Source of the DNA: Solirubrobacteraceae bacterium
GTDB lineage: Bacteria; Actinomycetota; Thermoleophilia; Solirubrobacterales; Solirubrobacteraceae
Direction: 5' to 3'
DNA length: 64,000 nucleotides
Assembly (NCBI GenBank): GCA_035504435.1
Contig: DATJRV010000083.1
Span: 22,242-86,241, forward strand
Shown: in pieces, positions 45,008 through 54,197 of the stretch
How positions within the stretch are numbered: the first letter of the stretch is position 1
How the letters are laid out: each line of letters starts with the position of its first letter
Notes under the pieces: generated by a model
The model's input: the letters and a program-made list of their open reading frames with translations, nothing else
Told to the model about the DNA's origin: nothing
Database searches by the model: none
Translations under genes and position numbers: made by a program

Positions 45008-46546
45008 TCAGGCGATGGTGCCGTGACCGACGACGAGATCGCCGGCGTACAGGCAGGCGAGCTGGCCGGGTGCGGTGCGCTCGGCGGGCGCCTGCAGCTC
45101 GATCGCCAGGCTGGCGTGCGCGCCGGCGCCGGCCTCGCCGCGCAGCGTGCAGGCGAAGCGCCGGCCGTGGGCGCGCACGCGCACGCTGTCCACGCAGCGC
45201 CCGTCGCGGTGGAGCGTGGCCTCGCGCACGCTGAGCTCGCGGGCGAGCAGCGACTGGCGTGGCCCGACGGTGACGGTGTTGGCGTGCGTGTCGGTGGCGA
45301 GCACGTACAGCGGCGCCGGCGCGGAGAGGCCGAGGCCGTGGCGCTGGCCGACGGTGTACGCGTGCGCGCCGGCGTGCTCGCCGAGCACGCGCCCACGGGC
45401 GTCGAGGATCGCGCCGGGGCGCGCGCCGAGCGCTCCGTGGCGCTGCAGGAAGTCGCTGTGGCGGGTGCCGGCGAGGAAGCACAGGTCCTGGGAGTCGCGC
45501 TTGCGCGCCACCGCGAGGCCCGCCTGTTCGGCGAGCGCGCGCACCTGCGGCTTGTGCATGGCGCCGAGCGGGAAGCGCAGGCGCGCGAGCGACTCGGGGG
45601 CGAGCGCGGCGAGCACGTAGCTCTGGTCCTTGCGCTCGTCGGCGGCGGCCTGCAGCAGCGGCGTGTGCCCGGCGCGCTCGGGGCGCGCCTGCGCGGCCTG
45701 CTGTGCCGGGGAGGTGGCGTCTGAGTCGAGGCTGCGCTCGGCGACGCGCGCGTAGTGGCCGGTGGCGAGCGTCTCCGAGCCGAGGCGCCGGGCGAGCTCG
45801 AGCATGGCGTCGAGGCGCACGTGGCCGTTGCAGCGCACGCACGGGTTGGGCGTGAGCCCGGCGGCGTGGTCGGCGAGCCAGTGCTCGACGACGCCGGCGC
45901 GAAACTCGGCGCGCAGGTCGATCGACAGGTGCGCCATGCCGAGCTTGTGGGCGAGCGCGCGCGCGCCGCGCACCGCGTGGGCGGAGCAGCAGCTGGCTTC
46001 GCCGTCGTTCTCGGGGTCCGACCACAGTTCGAGCGTGACGCCCACCGCCTGGTGGCCGGCGCGCGCGACGAGCAGCGCGGCGACGGCGCTGTCGACGCCG
46101 CCGCTCATCGCGACGAGCGTGCGCTGCGGGTTGGCCGCGAGCGTGGCGCGCTCGCGCGCGGCTGCGCCGAGCGCCCGGTGCAGCGCGTCGGCGGCGAGCT
46201 CCGCGGCGTGGCGCTTGGCGGGGGCGAGGCCGCCGAGCTCCGCGGCGATGTCGCCGGCCCCGAGCTTGGCGGCGTCGAGCAGTGGCGTGCCGCGCACGAG
46301 CGCCACGCACGCGCTGCCGGCGGCGATGCTCGCACCGCAGCCGCTGGCGTCGAAACCCACCTGGTGGATGCGCCCGTCCGGGTCTGCGTCGTCGAGTGCG
46401 AGCGACACGCGGATCAAGTCGCCGCACGCGGCCCCGCCGGCGGCGCCGGTGAAGGCGCCCGCGGGTCGCTGGCCGCGTCCCAGCGGGTGTTCGAGGTGGC
46501 TTTGCAGCCGCTCTCCCTGCGGGGAGGATGCGTGGGTGGCGCTCAC
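45008..46546 (-). CDS. mnmA: tRNA 2-thiouridylase MnmA fused to an N-terminal IscU/NifU_N-like domain
   Basis: N-terminal ACGDLI..FDASGCGASIAAGS..KRHAAELA; then AMSGGVDS, SCC, PNPCVRCN, ATGHYAR, DQSY, SQDLCF, TVGQR, PGQ. Confidence 0.93.
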   Translation of the reverse strand: MSATHASSPQGERLQSHLEHPLGRGQRPAGAFTGAAGGAACGDLIRVSLALDDADPDGRIHQVGFDASGCGASIAAGSACVALVRGTPLLDAAKLGAGDIAAELGGLAPAKRHAAELAADALHRALGAAARERATLAANPQRTLVAMSGGVDSAVAALLVARAGHQAVGVTLELWSDPENDGEASCCSAHAVRGARALAHKLGMAHLSIDLRAEFRAGVVEHWLADHAAGLTPNPCVRCNGHVRLDAMLELARRLGSETLATGHYARVAERSLDSDATSPAQQAAQARPERAGHTPLLQAAADERKDQSYVLAALAPESLARLRFPLGAMHKPQVRALAEQAGLAVARKRDSQDLCFLAGTRHSDFLQRHGALGARPGAILDARGRVLGEHAGAHAYTVGQRHGLGLSAPAPLYVLATDTHANTVTVGPRQSLLARELSVREATLHRDGRCVDSVRVRAHGRRFACTLRGEAGAGAHASLAIELQAPAERTAPGQLACLYAGDLVVGHGTIA

Positions 46547-46583
46547 CTGAGCGAGTGTACGACCCGCTGGCGAGAGTTTTGCG

Positions 46584-47567
46584 CTATGCGGCGCGGGCTT
46601 CGTCGATCGCTTGTTCGATCGAGAATGCGTCCTGCAGCCCGGTGAGCACGATGGTCTTGCCTTGCTTGTTGATGACGAGCAGCGTGGGTGTGGAGTAGAT
46701 CTGCAGCCCGGCGGTGATCGTGCCGTAGGAGGTGACCTGGCTGGCGGTGGCCTTGAAGATGGCGAAGTTCTTCGTCAGTTCCTCACCGCTCTTTTCCAGC
46801 ACGCGCCGGACACCGGGGACCTTGGCGTAGGGCGCTACGAGGTGGTGGATGGCCTGTAGGCGCTGGAGTTCGACGGCGTCGACCGTGTCGTCGGCGCCCT
46901 TGGGGTTCCAGAACAGGATGACGGCGATCTTGCCTCCCTTCAGCGCCTGTTCGACGAGCACCTGGTTTGCGGGTGTGCGGGCGCTGTTGAGATGGGATTT
47001 GACCGGCTGCGCCTTGACGCTCGTGCTGGCGGTCCTTGGCGGGGTGGATGTACGGGCGTGAGCGCTGGCGCTCGTACTCGGGTGCGCGGTGGTGGTGGTG
47101 ATGGTGGTGGCGGAGCCGTGCGCGGCGGCGGTGGTGGTGCTGGGCGCGGCGGTGGAGCTCTGGTGGGTCGGGCTCACCGAGGTGTGCGCGCCGCTGGGGG
47201 CTTGGCTGGGGGCTTCGCTGGTTCCGGCAGCGGCCTTCGCTTGGACTTCGCGTGCTTCGCGCTGCGGGGTCGCCGCCGCTTCGCGCGCCTTGGCGACATC
47301 GCGCGTGAGCCCCTGCAATCCGGGGACTGAGCTGTGGTGGGCTCCGGCGGCGGGGTGCGTCGCGCTGGTGCTCGGCTTGGCGCTGGCGGAGCGGCTGTGG
47401 GCGGCGGACGTGGAGCCGGTCGAGACGGTGCTGGTGACGACGGGCGTGGAGGTGGAGCTTGTGGTGCTGGGGCTGTTGGAATGCGGTTGGAGCGCGAACA
47501 GCCACACGCCTGCGAGCAGCACGACGACGACCAGGGCGAGCTGAAAAGGACGTGGGATCTGCGCCAT
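46584..47567 (-). CDS. Membrane-anchored protein with Ser/Thr-rich stalk and C-terminal thioredoxin-like domain lacking CxxC
   Basis: N-terminal TM helix, long S/T/A linker, IAVILFWNPKGADD..STPTLLVINKQGK. Confidence 0.75.
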   Translation of the reverse strand: MAQIPRPFQLALVVVVLLAGVWLFALQPHSNSPSTTSSTSTPVVTSTVSTGSTSAAHSRSASAKPSTSATHPAAGAHHSSVPGLQGLTRDVAKAREAAATPQREAREVQAKAAAGTSEAPSQAPSGAHTSVSPTHQSSTAAPSTTTAAAHGSATTITTTTAHPSTSASAHARTSTPPRTASTSVKAQPVKSHLNSARTPANQVLVEQALKGGKIAVILFWNPKGADDTVDAVELQRLQAIHHLVAPYAKVPGVRRVLEKSGEELTKNFAIFKATASQVTSYGTITAGLQIYSTPTLLVINKQGKTIVLTGLQDAFSIEQAIDEARAA

Positions 47568-47574
47568 CGCCCAT

Positions 47575-47602
47575 GTTTCGGCATCTGCGGTGCAGAAGTT
47601 GA
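47575..47602 (-). promoter_or_regulatory. Sigma28/WhiG-type promoter (probably leaderless)
   Basis: TCAA(47602-47599)-N16-GCCGAAAC(47582-75), ATG 7 nt later at 47567. Confidence 0.7.
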
Positions 47603-47640
47603 GCGGCCAATCGCGCGTTGGACGCGCCGTTGGCGTGCCT

Positions 47641-48942
47641 TCAGAGGGCGTGGTGGCGGCGCAGCACGGCGTGCACGACGGCGTCCGCGGCCATCGGCTC
47701 CTGGCCGCCGCCCTGCATGTCCTTGAGCACGGCGCCGTCCGCGTCGAGGATCGCCACGTAGCGTGCCCCGAGCGCGTCCGCGTGGCTCAGCTGACCCTTG
47801 AGCGAGCGTCCACCGAGGTCCATCTGCGCGGAGAGCCCGGCCGAGCGCGCGTCGCCCAGCAGGCTGAAGGCGCGCGCGCGCAGCCGAGTGTCGCGATCTT
47901 CGCCCTCCGGCGAGGATGCGAGCGCGACGAACAGCTCCAGCGGAGCGCTCGCGGCAGCCGCGCGGTGGCGGCCGTCGCCACCGGCCTGCTCGCCGGCGAG
48001 CAGGATGCGCTCGATGCCCGCCGCCCAGCCGACGCCGGGGGTGGGGGGCCCGCCGAGCTGCTCGACGAGGCCGTCGTAGCGCCCGCCACCCCCCACGCCG
48101 CTTTGTGCGCCGAGCGCGTCGGAGGTGAACTCGAAGACGGTGCGCGTGTAGTAGTCGAGACCGCGCACGAGCGTGTGGTCGAGCTGGTAGGCGACGCCGG
48201 CGACGTCCAGCAGCTGGCGCACCTGCGCGAAGTGCTGGCGGTCATCGGCGCTGAGGTGGTCGGCGAGCTGCGGCGCGCTTTGCATCACCTGCACGGTGCC
48301 GGGATGGTCGGAGTCGAACGCGCGCAGCGGGTTGAGCTCGATGCGGTCGATGACCTCCTGGGAGAGGCTTGCTTGGTTGGCGCGCAGGTGTGCCTGCAGC
48401 TGCTCGCGGTACGCGCGCCTGCTGTCCGCGGTGCCGAGGCTCGCCAGGCGCAGCCGCAGGCCGCGCACGCCGAGATCGGCGAGCAGGCCGGTGAGCAGCA
48501 CGATCAGCTCGGCGTCGACGGCCGGGTCCTCGGAGCCGATGGCCTCGGCGCCGACCTGCCAGAACTGGCGGTAGCGTCCGGCTTGCGCGCGCTCGTGGCG
48601 GAAGAAGCTGGACAGGTACCACAGCTTGACCGGCTGGCGGCGCTTGTGCATGCCGTGCTCAACGTAGGCCCGGCACACGGGCGCGGTGCCCTCGGGGCGC
48701 AGCGTGAGCGAGCGCCCGCCCTGGTCCTGGAAGGTGAACATCTCCTTGCGCACGATGTCGGTGGACTGCCCGACGCCGCGGGTGAACAGCTCGGTGGCCT
48801 CGAACACGGGTGTCTCGATGCGCTCGTAGCCGGCGGCCTCGAGGATCGCGCGGGCGCGTGCCTCGAGCGCGCTGCGCCGGGCGGCGTCGGGGCCGAGCAC
48901 GTCGAAGGTGCCGCGCGGGGCTTTGATCTTGGGGGCGCTCAA
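47641..48942 (-). CDS. hisS: Histidine-tRNA ligase
   Basis: APRGTFD, LRPEGTA, FRHERAQAGRYRQF, RGLDYYT, GGGRYDGL, GIERI. Confidence 0.98.
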   Translation of the reverse strand: MSAPKIKAPRGTFDVLGPDAARRSALEARARAILEAAGYERIETPVFEATELFTRGVGQSTDIVRKEMFTFQDQGGRSLTLRPEGTAPVCRAYVEHGMHKRRQPVKLWYLSSFFRHERAQAGRYRQFWQVGAEAIGSEDPAVDAELIVLLTGLLADLGVRGLRLRLASLGTADSRRAYREQLQAHLRANQASLSQEVIDRIELNPLRAFDSDHPGTVQVMQSAPQLADHLSADDRQHFAQVRQLLDVAGVAYQLDHTLVRGLDYYTRTVFEFTSDALGAQSGVGGGGRYDGLVEQLGGPPTPGVGWAAGIERILLAGEQAGGDGRHRAAAASAPLELFVALASSPEGEDRDTRLRARAFSLLGDARSAGLSAQMDLGGRSLKGQLSHADALGARYVAILDADGAVLKDMQGGGQEPMAADAVVHAVLRRHHAL

Positions 48943-49640
48943 CTGGCGGGTGCCGGCGAGGGCGCGGCGCCGACGCGCGGGAGGCGTGCGCGTATCTCCG
49001 CGAGGAACGGGTTGACGTCGCGCTCGCGCCCGAGCGTGGTGACGCCCATGTGGCCGGGGTAGACGACGGTCTCCGGCGGATAGGCCTTGAGCAGAGCTTC
49101 GATCGAGCGCTCCAGCGTCGCCCAGTCGCCGCCGGGGAGGTCGACGCGCCCGACGGAGCCCTGGAAGAGCACGTCGCCGGAGAGCAGCGCCGGGTGGGTG
49201 GGCGATTGGAGGGCGTAGGTCAGGTGCCCGGGGCTGTGTCCGGGGGTGAAGATCACCTCGATGTCGAGGCCGGCGAGGCTCAGACGCTCGCCGCCGGAGA
49301 GCGTGTGCTCGGCCTGGTAGCTCTCGAACGGCCCGAAGCCGGGCGGCACCCAGCTCATGACGTCGGCGAGCACGGGGCGCTCGATCTGCGGGCAGTACAC
49401 GGGGGCGCCGGTGGCGCGCGCGAGCGGGGCGACGGCGCCGATGTGATCGAAGTGGCAGTGGGTGATGAGGATCGCCTCGATCTGCACGCCGAGCGCGTCG
49501 ATCGCGCGCTGCAGGCGCTCGGGCTCGTCGCCGGGGTCGATCAGCAGGGCGCGCTGTGCGTCGCTGCTGGCGCGCACGATGTAGGAGTTCTCCTGCACGG
49601 GCCCGACGGTGAAGGCGCGTACGTCGAGCGCGCTCGTCAT
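48939..49640 (-). CDS. MBL-fold metallo-hydrolase (glyoxalase II-like)
   Basis: THCHFDHIG, TPGHSPG, SGDVLF, YPGH. Confidence 0.93.
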   Translation of the reverse strand: MTSALDVRAFTVGPVQENSYIVRASSDAQRALLIDPGDEPERLQRAIDALGVQIEAILITHCHFDHIGAVAPLARATGAPVYCPQIERPVLADVMSWVPPGFGPFESYQAEHTLSGGERLSLAGLDIEVIFTPGHSPGHLTYALQSPTHPALLSGDVLFQGSVGRVDLPGGDWATLERSIEALLKAYPPETVVYPGHMGVTTLGRERDVNPFLAEIRARLPRVGAAPSPAPAS

Positions 49641-50023
49641 GACGGCGCCCTGCGTGCGGCAGCCTGTTCGGCTTTCTTGCGCTGGCGGCGGCTGTAGACG
49701 AACTTGTCGCTGTAGTAGCTGATCAGCGTGTAGAGGATGAGCACCACCGGGAACAGCGCAAGCACGCTGCCCGACTGGTGCAGCAGGAGCACGAACACCA
49801 CGATCAGCCCGATCGCCGCGAGCATCCCCTTGATGAACGCGCTGCCCCACGTGGGGGGCCGGTCGCGTCTGTCGAGCTTGCTCTCGCGCTCGCGCGCGAT
49901 CTGGCGCGCATCGCCGCTCTTCTCGCCGGCGGTCGGCTTGCGCCCGGTGCGCCCGCGCGACTCGATCACGCCGGCGGCGTTGCCGCGGTGCTTGGTCTGT
50001 CGTTTGCGTCTGGTTTGCGCCAT
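49637..50023 (-). CDS. Hypothetical 2-TM membrane protein
   Basis: Basic N-terminus (RRKRQTKHRGNAAG), two hydrophobic helices, operon-coupled. Confidence 0.75.
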   Translation of the reverse strand: MAQTRRKRQTKHRGNAAGVIESRGRTGRKPTAGEKSGDARQIARERESKLDRRDRPPTWGSAFIKGMLAAIGLIVVFVLLLHQSGSVLALFPVVLILYTLISYYSDKFVYSRRQRKKAEQAAARRAPS

Positions 50024-50029
50024 CGTCAC

Positions 50030-51067
50030 TCAGGAGCCTAGTGCGTTCTCGAGCAGGTGGCGAGCGGGATCGAAGCCGGGAATCGGCAGGTCCTCGGGAA
50101 ACCCCGCGAACGCGGCGGCGGGCGCGAGACCGACGAGCTCGGCGCTGGCGATGGGCGCGTGCGTGCGCACCGCGTCGACGACCCGCGCGAGCGCCGTCTC
50201 GTTGGGGCGCTCGACGTTCGTCGACACCTGCGCGCTGCCGTCGCGGAGCGCCACCGCGATCGCCCGCACGCCGGGCAGGCCCTCCTCGCCGCCCTCGCGG
50301 ATGCGGGCGGCGATCGCGCGCGCGTCCGCGATCGTCGCGGGCGGCGCGAGCTGGAGGTTGAACGCCACCAGCGGTGGGCGCGCGGCGACGAGCGCGGCGC
50401 CGGCGCGGGGATGCAGGCTGTGGGGGCCGAAGTCGGGGACGAGCGGCGTGGCGGCGGCGGCGTCGTTCGTGCGGCCGCGCGCACCCTGCGCGCCGGCTGG
50501 TGCGAGCCCATCGGCGATCTCGACCTCGCCCACCATGCGCGCCGCCAGCCCGGCGATGCCGCCTCGCCGCAGCTGCGCGCGCGTGCGCTCCGACCCAGGG
50601 TCGGCGCCGGAGAGCTCGCCGTAGAGGAACACGGGTAGGTCCAGCTCGCTGCCGAGACGGTCTGCCACGACCAACGCCTCGGCGCACGCGGCGCCACGGT
50701 CGCTCTGGCTGAGGTAGACGATCGGCACCACGTCGATTGCGCCGACGTGCGGGTGCTGGCCGGCGTCGTCAGCGTGACCGTGCGCGCGCTCCATCACGTT
50801 GAGCTGTTCGACGGCCGTGTGGGCGCCGCGCAGCAGGGCGTCGGCGAGCTTCACAGGCGGTCCGGCGAGCGTGAACACCGAGCGGTGGTGGTCGCGGTCG
50901 GTGTGGACGTCGAGCAGGCGCACGGCCGCCGCGGCCGAGCCTGCGAGCGCTCCGGTCACGCCGTCGGCTGCGGCGGTGCCCACGAACGCGGCGGCGAGGG
51001 CGGCGACAGCCGTCTCGTCGCGGCCCTCCGACACGTTGGGCACTGCCAGCAGGATCGGCGGCTTCAT
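50030..51067 (-). CDS. ftcD: Glutamate formimidoyltransferase-like protein
   Basis: VPNVSEGRD, DVHTDRDHHRSVFT, HPHVGAIDVVP, HPRAGA, LVAFN, QVSTN. Confidence 0.88.
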   Translation of the reverse strand: MKPPILLAVPNVSEGRDETAVAALAAAFVGTAAADGVTGALAGSAAAAVRLLDVHTDRDHHRSVFTLAGPPVKLADALLRGAHTAVEQLNVMERAHGHADDAGQHPHVGAIDVVPIVYLSQSDRGAACAEALVVADRLGSELDLPVFLYGELSGADPGSERTRAQLRRGGIAGLAARMVGEVEIADGLAPAGAQGARGRTNDAAAATPLVPDFGPHSLHPRAGAALVAARPPLVAFNLQLAPPATIADARAIAARIREGGEEGLPGVRAIAVALRDGSAQVSTNVERPNETALARVVDAVRTHAPIASAELVGLAPAAAFAGFPEDLPIPGFDPARHLLENALGS

Positions 51068-51177
51068 CGCGCCAGCAGGCTACCCGCGCCCGGCTCGCCC
51101 CGCCGCCGCGACGGCCCGCGCCTCGGCGGCGGCGCCGGGTCGAATCCGCCGCTCGACGGCTACACTCGGGCGTCCCT

Positions 51178-51251
51178 GCCGGAGTAGCTCAGCTGGTTAG
51201 AGCAGCGGAATCATAATCCGCGTGTCGGGGGTTCGAGTCCCTCCTCCGGCA
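51178..51251 (+). tRNA. tRNA-Met(CAT), elongator type
   Basis: Acceptor GCCGGAG/CTCCGGC, TAGCTCAG D arm, anticodon arm GCGGA-ATCATAA-TCCGC, GTTCGAGTC T loop. G1-C72 pair argues against initiator. CCA not encoded. Confidence 0.95.
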
Positions 51252-51456
51252 TCGTGAAAGGCCTGCAAATACGGTGGTTTGCAGAGTATCAAGGCGGCGG
51301 CGGATTTCCCCAGGGATTTCCCTGGAGGGCCGCGCTGAGGGCGCTACACGGCAAATAGCCGCCGTCAAGGCAGCAAGGTACGGAATCAGAACACCCTGTC
51401 CGATGCGGGAGTCCTGCGTCGCCTATGGATGAATTGGCAGCAGGCTGCTGCCAAAT

Positions 51457-52596
51457 TCAATCTGGGCTCGTATCGAGCCTTTCGTCGTCGTAGATCACGT
51501 TCGCCGCATCAGAGATCCCGGCCAGCTCTGCGGCGAGCTCAGGCAGCTCGGGCAGGGCCGGCCTGAGCGCGGTGGGGGTCTCGTCGGTCATGGTGGTGTC
51601 ACCAACCGTGTACCGAGCGACCGCGACCGGAGTATCGAGGCCGCGCAGAGCCCACTGAGTCACGGTCTTGTTGCGTCCCGGGCACAGCACGAGACCGATC
51701 GTCGCTGCGTCGCCCTCCTGGCGCTCAAGCTCGTCGACGGCATTGAGGTAGAAGTTCATCTTGCCCGCGAACTCCGGCTTGAAATCCTCAATCTTCAGGT
51801 CGATGACAACAAAGCGGCGCAGCCTGTAGTTGTAGAACAGCAGGTCGAGGAAGAACTCGGACTCCTCGCCGCTCTCTCCGTCGGGAACCCGAAGCGGGAA
51901 CTGCCGTCCGACTAGGGCGAACCCTCGGCCCATCTCCATTAGGAAGCTCTGCACGTCGTTCAGAAGCGCTGCCTCCAGGTCACGCTCCTTCGCGTCGGCT
52001 GAGAGACCGAGGAACTCGAAGTTGTAGGGGTCCTTGATCGCGTCACGGACGAGCTCGGAGTCAGGCGCCGGGAGGGCGTGATCGAAGCTGGTGAGGGCTG
52101 CTCCCTGCCGGCCGCGAAGATCGCTGGCGATTTGGGCCTCTAGGACCTTGCGTGACCAGCCATGCTCTACGGCCGCACGCGCGTACCACGTGCGTGCGTC
52201 GGCGTCCGCAACCTTGTCGAGCAGCACCATGTGATGCCCCCACGGCAATTTGGCAGCAGGTTGCTGCAACATTTCGCTGGCGCTCTGCGCCGGCCATGCG
52301 CGCGCGAACTCGCGCATGTAGCGAAGGTTACGAGCCGACAACCCTCGCATATCGGGAAACTCCCGTCGCAGGTCTGCGGCCAGTCGCTCGATCACCTTGG
52401 CGCCCCAGCCCTCTCGGTCCTCACGCGCGATGATGCCGGTGCCGATCTCCCAGTAGGCAGCGAGCACAGCCGCGCTGACTGCCAACGCAGCCTGCGACCG
52501 TGCAGCCGAGACGGCGCGCTTGACCTCCTCGAGGAACCGCGGGTACTCGGTCGGCAGGGTTTCGCCGCGGCGCACGGGCACATTGCGTCTTGCCAT
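51457..52596 (-). CDS. YhcG/DUF1016 PD-(D/E)XK nuclease-domain protein
   Basis: YWEIG, GWGAKVIERLA, SARNLRYMR, LPWGHH, KDPYNFEFL, DLLFY, IDLK, GKMNFY. Confidence 0.93.
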   Translation of the reverse strand: MARRNVPVRRGETLPTEYPRFLEEVKRAVSAARSQAALAVSAAVLAAYWEIGTGIIAREDREGWGAKVIERLAADLRREFPDMRGLSARNLRYMREFARAWPAQSASEMLQQPAAKLPWGHHMVLLDKVADADARTWYARAAVEHGWSRKVLEAQIASDLRGRQGAALTSFDHALPAPDSELVRDAIKDPYNFEFLGLSADAKERDLEAALLNDVQSFLMEMGRGFALVGRQFPLRVPDGESGEESEFFLDLLFYNYRLRRFVVIDLKIEDFKPEFAGKMNFYLNAVDELERQEGDAATIGLVLCPGRNKTVTQWALRGLDTPVAVARYTVGDTTMTDETPTALRPALPELPELAAELAGISDAANVIYDDERLDTSPD

Positions 52597-52627
52597 TCGA
52601 ACGATCGTATCCCCACGATCGGGGGGC

Positions 52628-52821
52628 GACGACAGGGATGAACCGCTCGCGATCGTCGACCCGAGACCGGGGAGCGCATCACGCGCGCCGATGGCGCCGA
52701 GTGCCGGGCACGGCTGCTGCCTTTCGGCTACCGCAGCGGAGACCTCCACGTCGAGGTCATCGAGGTCGCCGCGGCCGAGCCGGTCACCGCCAGCTTCCAC
52801 TACTCCACCGCCGCCACGTGA
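52628..52821 (+). pseudogene. Frameshifted gene remnant coupled to the XRE gene
   Basis: DEPLAIVD|PETGERITRADGAECRARLLPFGYRSGDLHVEV reads through with a single-base correction near 52660. Ends in a GTGA overlap with the XRE start. Confidence 0.4.
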
Positions 52822-53087
52822 GCCCCGTGCCACGAACGGCGATATCTGAGCTCCACACGAAGGTCGTTGGCCGAGAGATCAAAGACACGCGCCAAGCGCT
52901 CGGACTGACCCAAACCGCGGTCGCCGAGTGCCTGGGAGTCTCCCCCTCCTACATCTCGGCCGTCGAAGCCGATCGTCGCAACCTCACGCTCGGCCAGCTG
53001 GCCAACATCGCCAACGCCATGCGACTTGGGATCGACATCTCGTTCATCCGCCCGGATGGTACGCCTGTCCGCGTCCCCCGAACGTGA
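52818..53087 (+). CDS. XRE-family HTH regulator
   Basis: VGREIKDTRQALGLTQTAVAECLGVSPSYISAVEADRRNLTL. Confidence 0.85.
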   Translation: MSPVPRTAISELHTKVVGREIKDTRQALGLTQTAVAECLGVSPSYISAVEADRRNLTLGQLANIANAMRLGIDISFIRPDGTPVRVPRT

Positions 53088-53778
53088 CGGCTGCGATGAG
53101 GCATTGACGCGGCAAACGTCGGAGGCGCTCTCCAAAAACACAATTCTTGAGCCTGTCTACGCATGTATGTGGGAGCAATTGGGGAGCGCTTTTGGCCTGT
53201 TCCGCGACTACGCAGCGAGATAGGCCACCTCGGAAGCTCGCATCGTTGTCCGGTGGAGTGCCACTCGCGTAGGGAGTGCCTGAAAATCGGTCAAAACTGC
53301 GAGATTTTGTGCGTAGACTAGACCGGGCGATTGTGCCTGCTGTTTCGTCAAAATACCTCCCACTATGACAATACACTCACATTCGAGCGTACAGCACACA
53401 TGCTCCGTCGATCGGTTCACGACCACACGACCATCGTTCCATTCGAGTGAACGTGTCGGCGGAGAGCAACAGGACTTCACCGGAACACATGAACACCGCA
53501 CGCGACGGAATGACTCACCGTCGCATAACGCAAGCACCGCGCAACCCGGTCGTGCCGGTTGTCGCGTACGCTCGCTGCGTGACCGGCTCGTCGGTCGTGT
53601 CTGCGGGACGCGCCGACTCACCGTTGGGTTGGTTCACGACTACACAGCGGCGCCGGGGTCAGCGGGAAGATGTCCCCAGGTCCGACGCGGGGATCAGCGG
53701 CTTGTCGCCGAGCCGGAGGACGTTGTTCTTTAGCGAGTCATTCGGCTGCATTCGAGTAGGCTGCATTCGCGCGGCATC

Positions 53779-54197
53779 CTACTCGGCGGCGCGCCAGAGC
53801 TCCCGCAGTCGTTGCAGGCGACGCGCCAGCTCGCCGGAAATGACACTGGGGTCTCGTAGAGCATCGAGGTCTCGCCAAGCGTTGGTTTCATCCCTACGTC
53901 CGCGAAGCTCGGCGAGCTCCAAGCCGAAGGTGGCAAGCTCGGCGATGTAGTTGTAGAGCTGGTCGACGCCTCGCTCGACAGCCTTCACGCGGTTGAGCTC
54001 GACCGGATCCTCCGAAGCGTAGGCTGCGCGAAAGGCATCCAGCTCGAAGTCCTCGCCGAGCTCCGCCATCGCCGTGCGCAGCGCGAGCAGATGGCAGCGC
54101 ACGTCGCTCACCCGGTCGCTGATCTTGGCCTTCAACGCCCGCGCACGCGGAGGATCGTTAGCCTCGAGCGGGGCGGGACGGGATCGGGCGCCGTCAT
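53779..54197 (-). pseudogene. HEPN/DUF86-like partner of the MNT, apparently disrupted
   Basis: AVERGVDQLYNYIAEL..DLDALRDPSVISGELARRLQRLREL; stop where the RxxxxH(EY) motif is expected. The ATGA-coupled start is out of frame with the body. Confidence 0.6.

Noticed and set aside
53540-53600. Serine recombinase start (VVAYARCV)
   Set aside because: No R-V-S catalytic motif and no downstream resolvase pattern.
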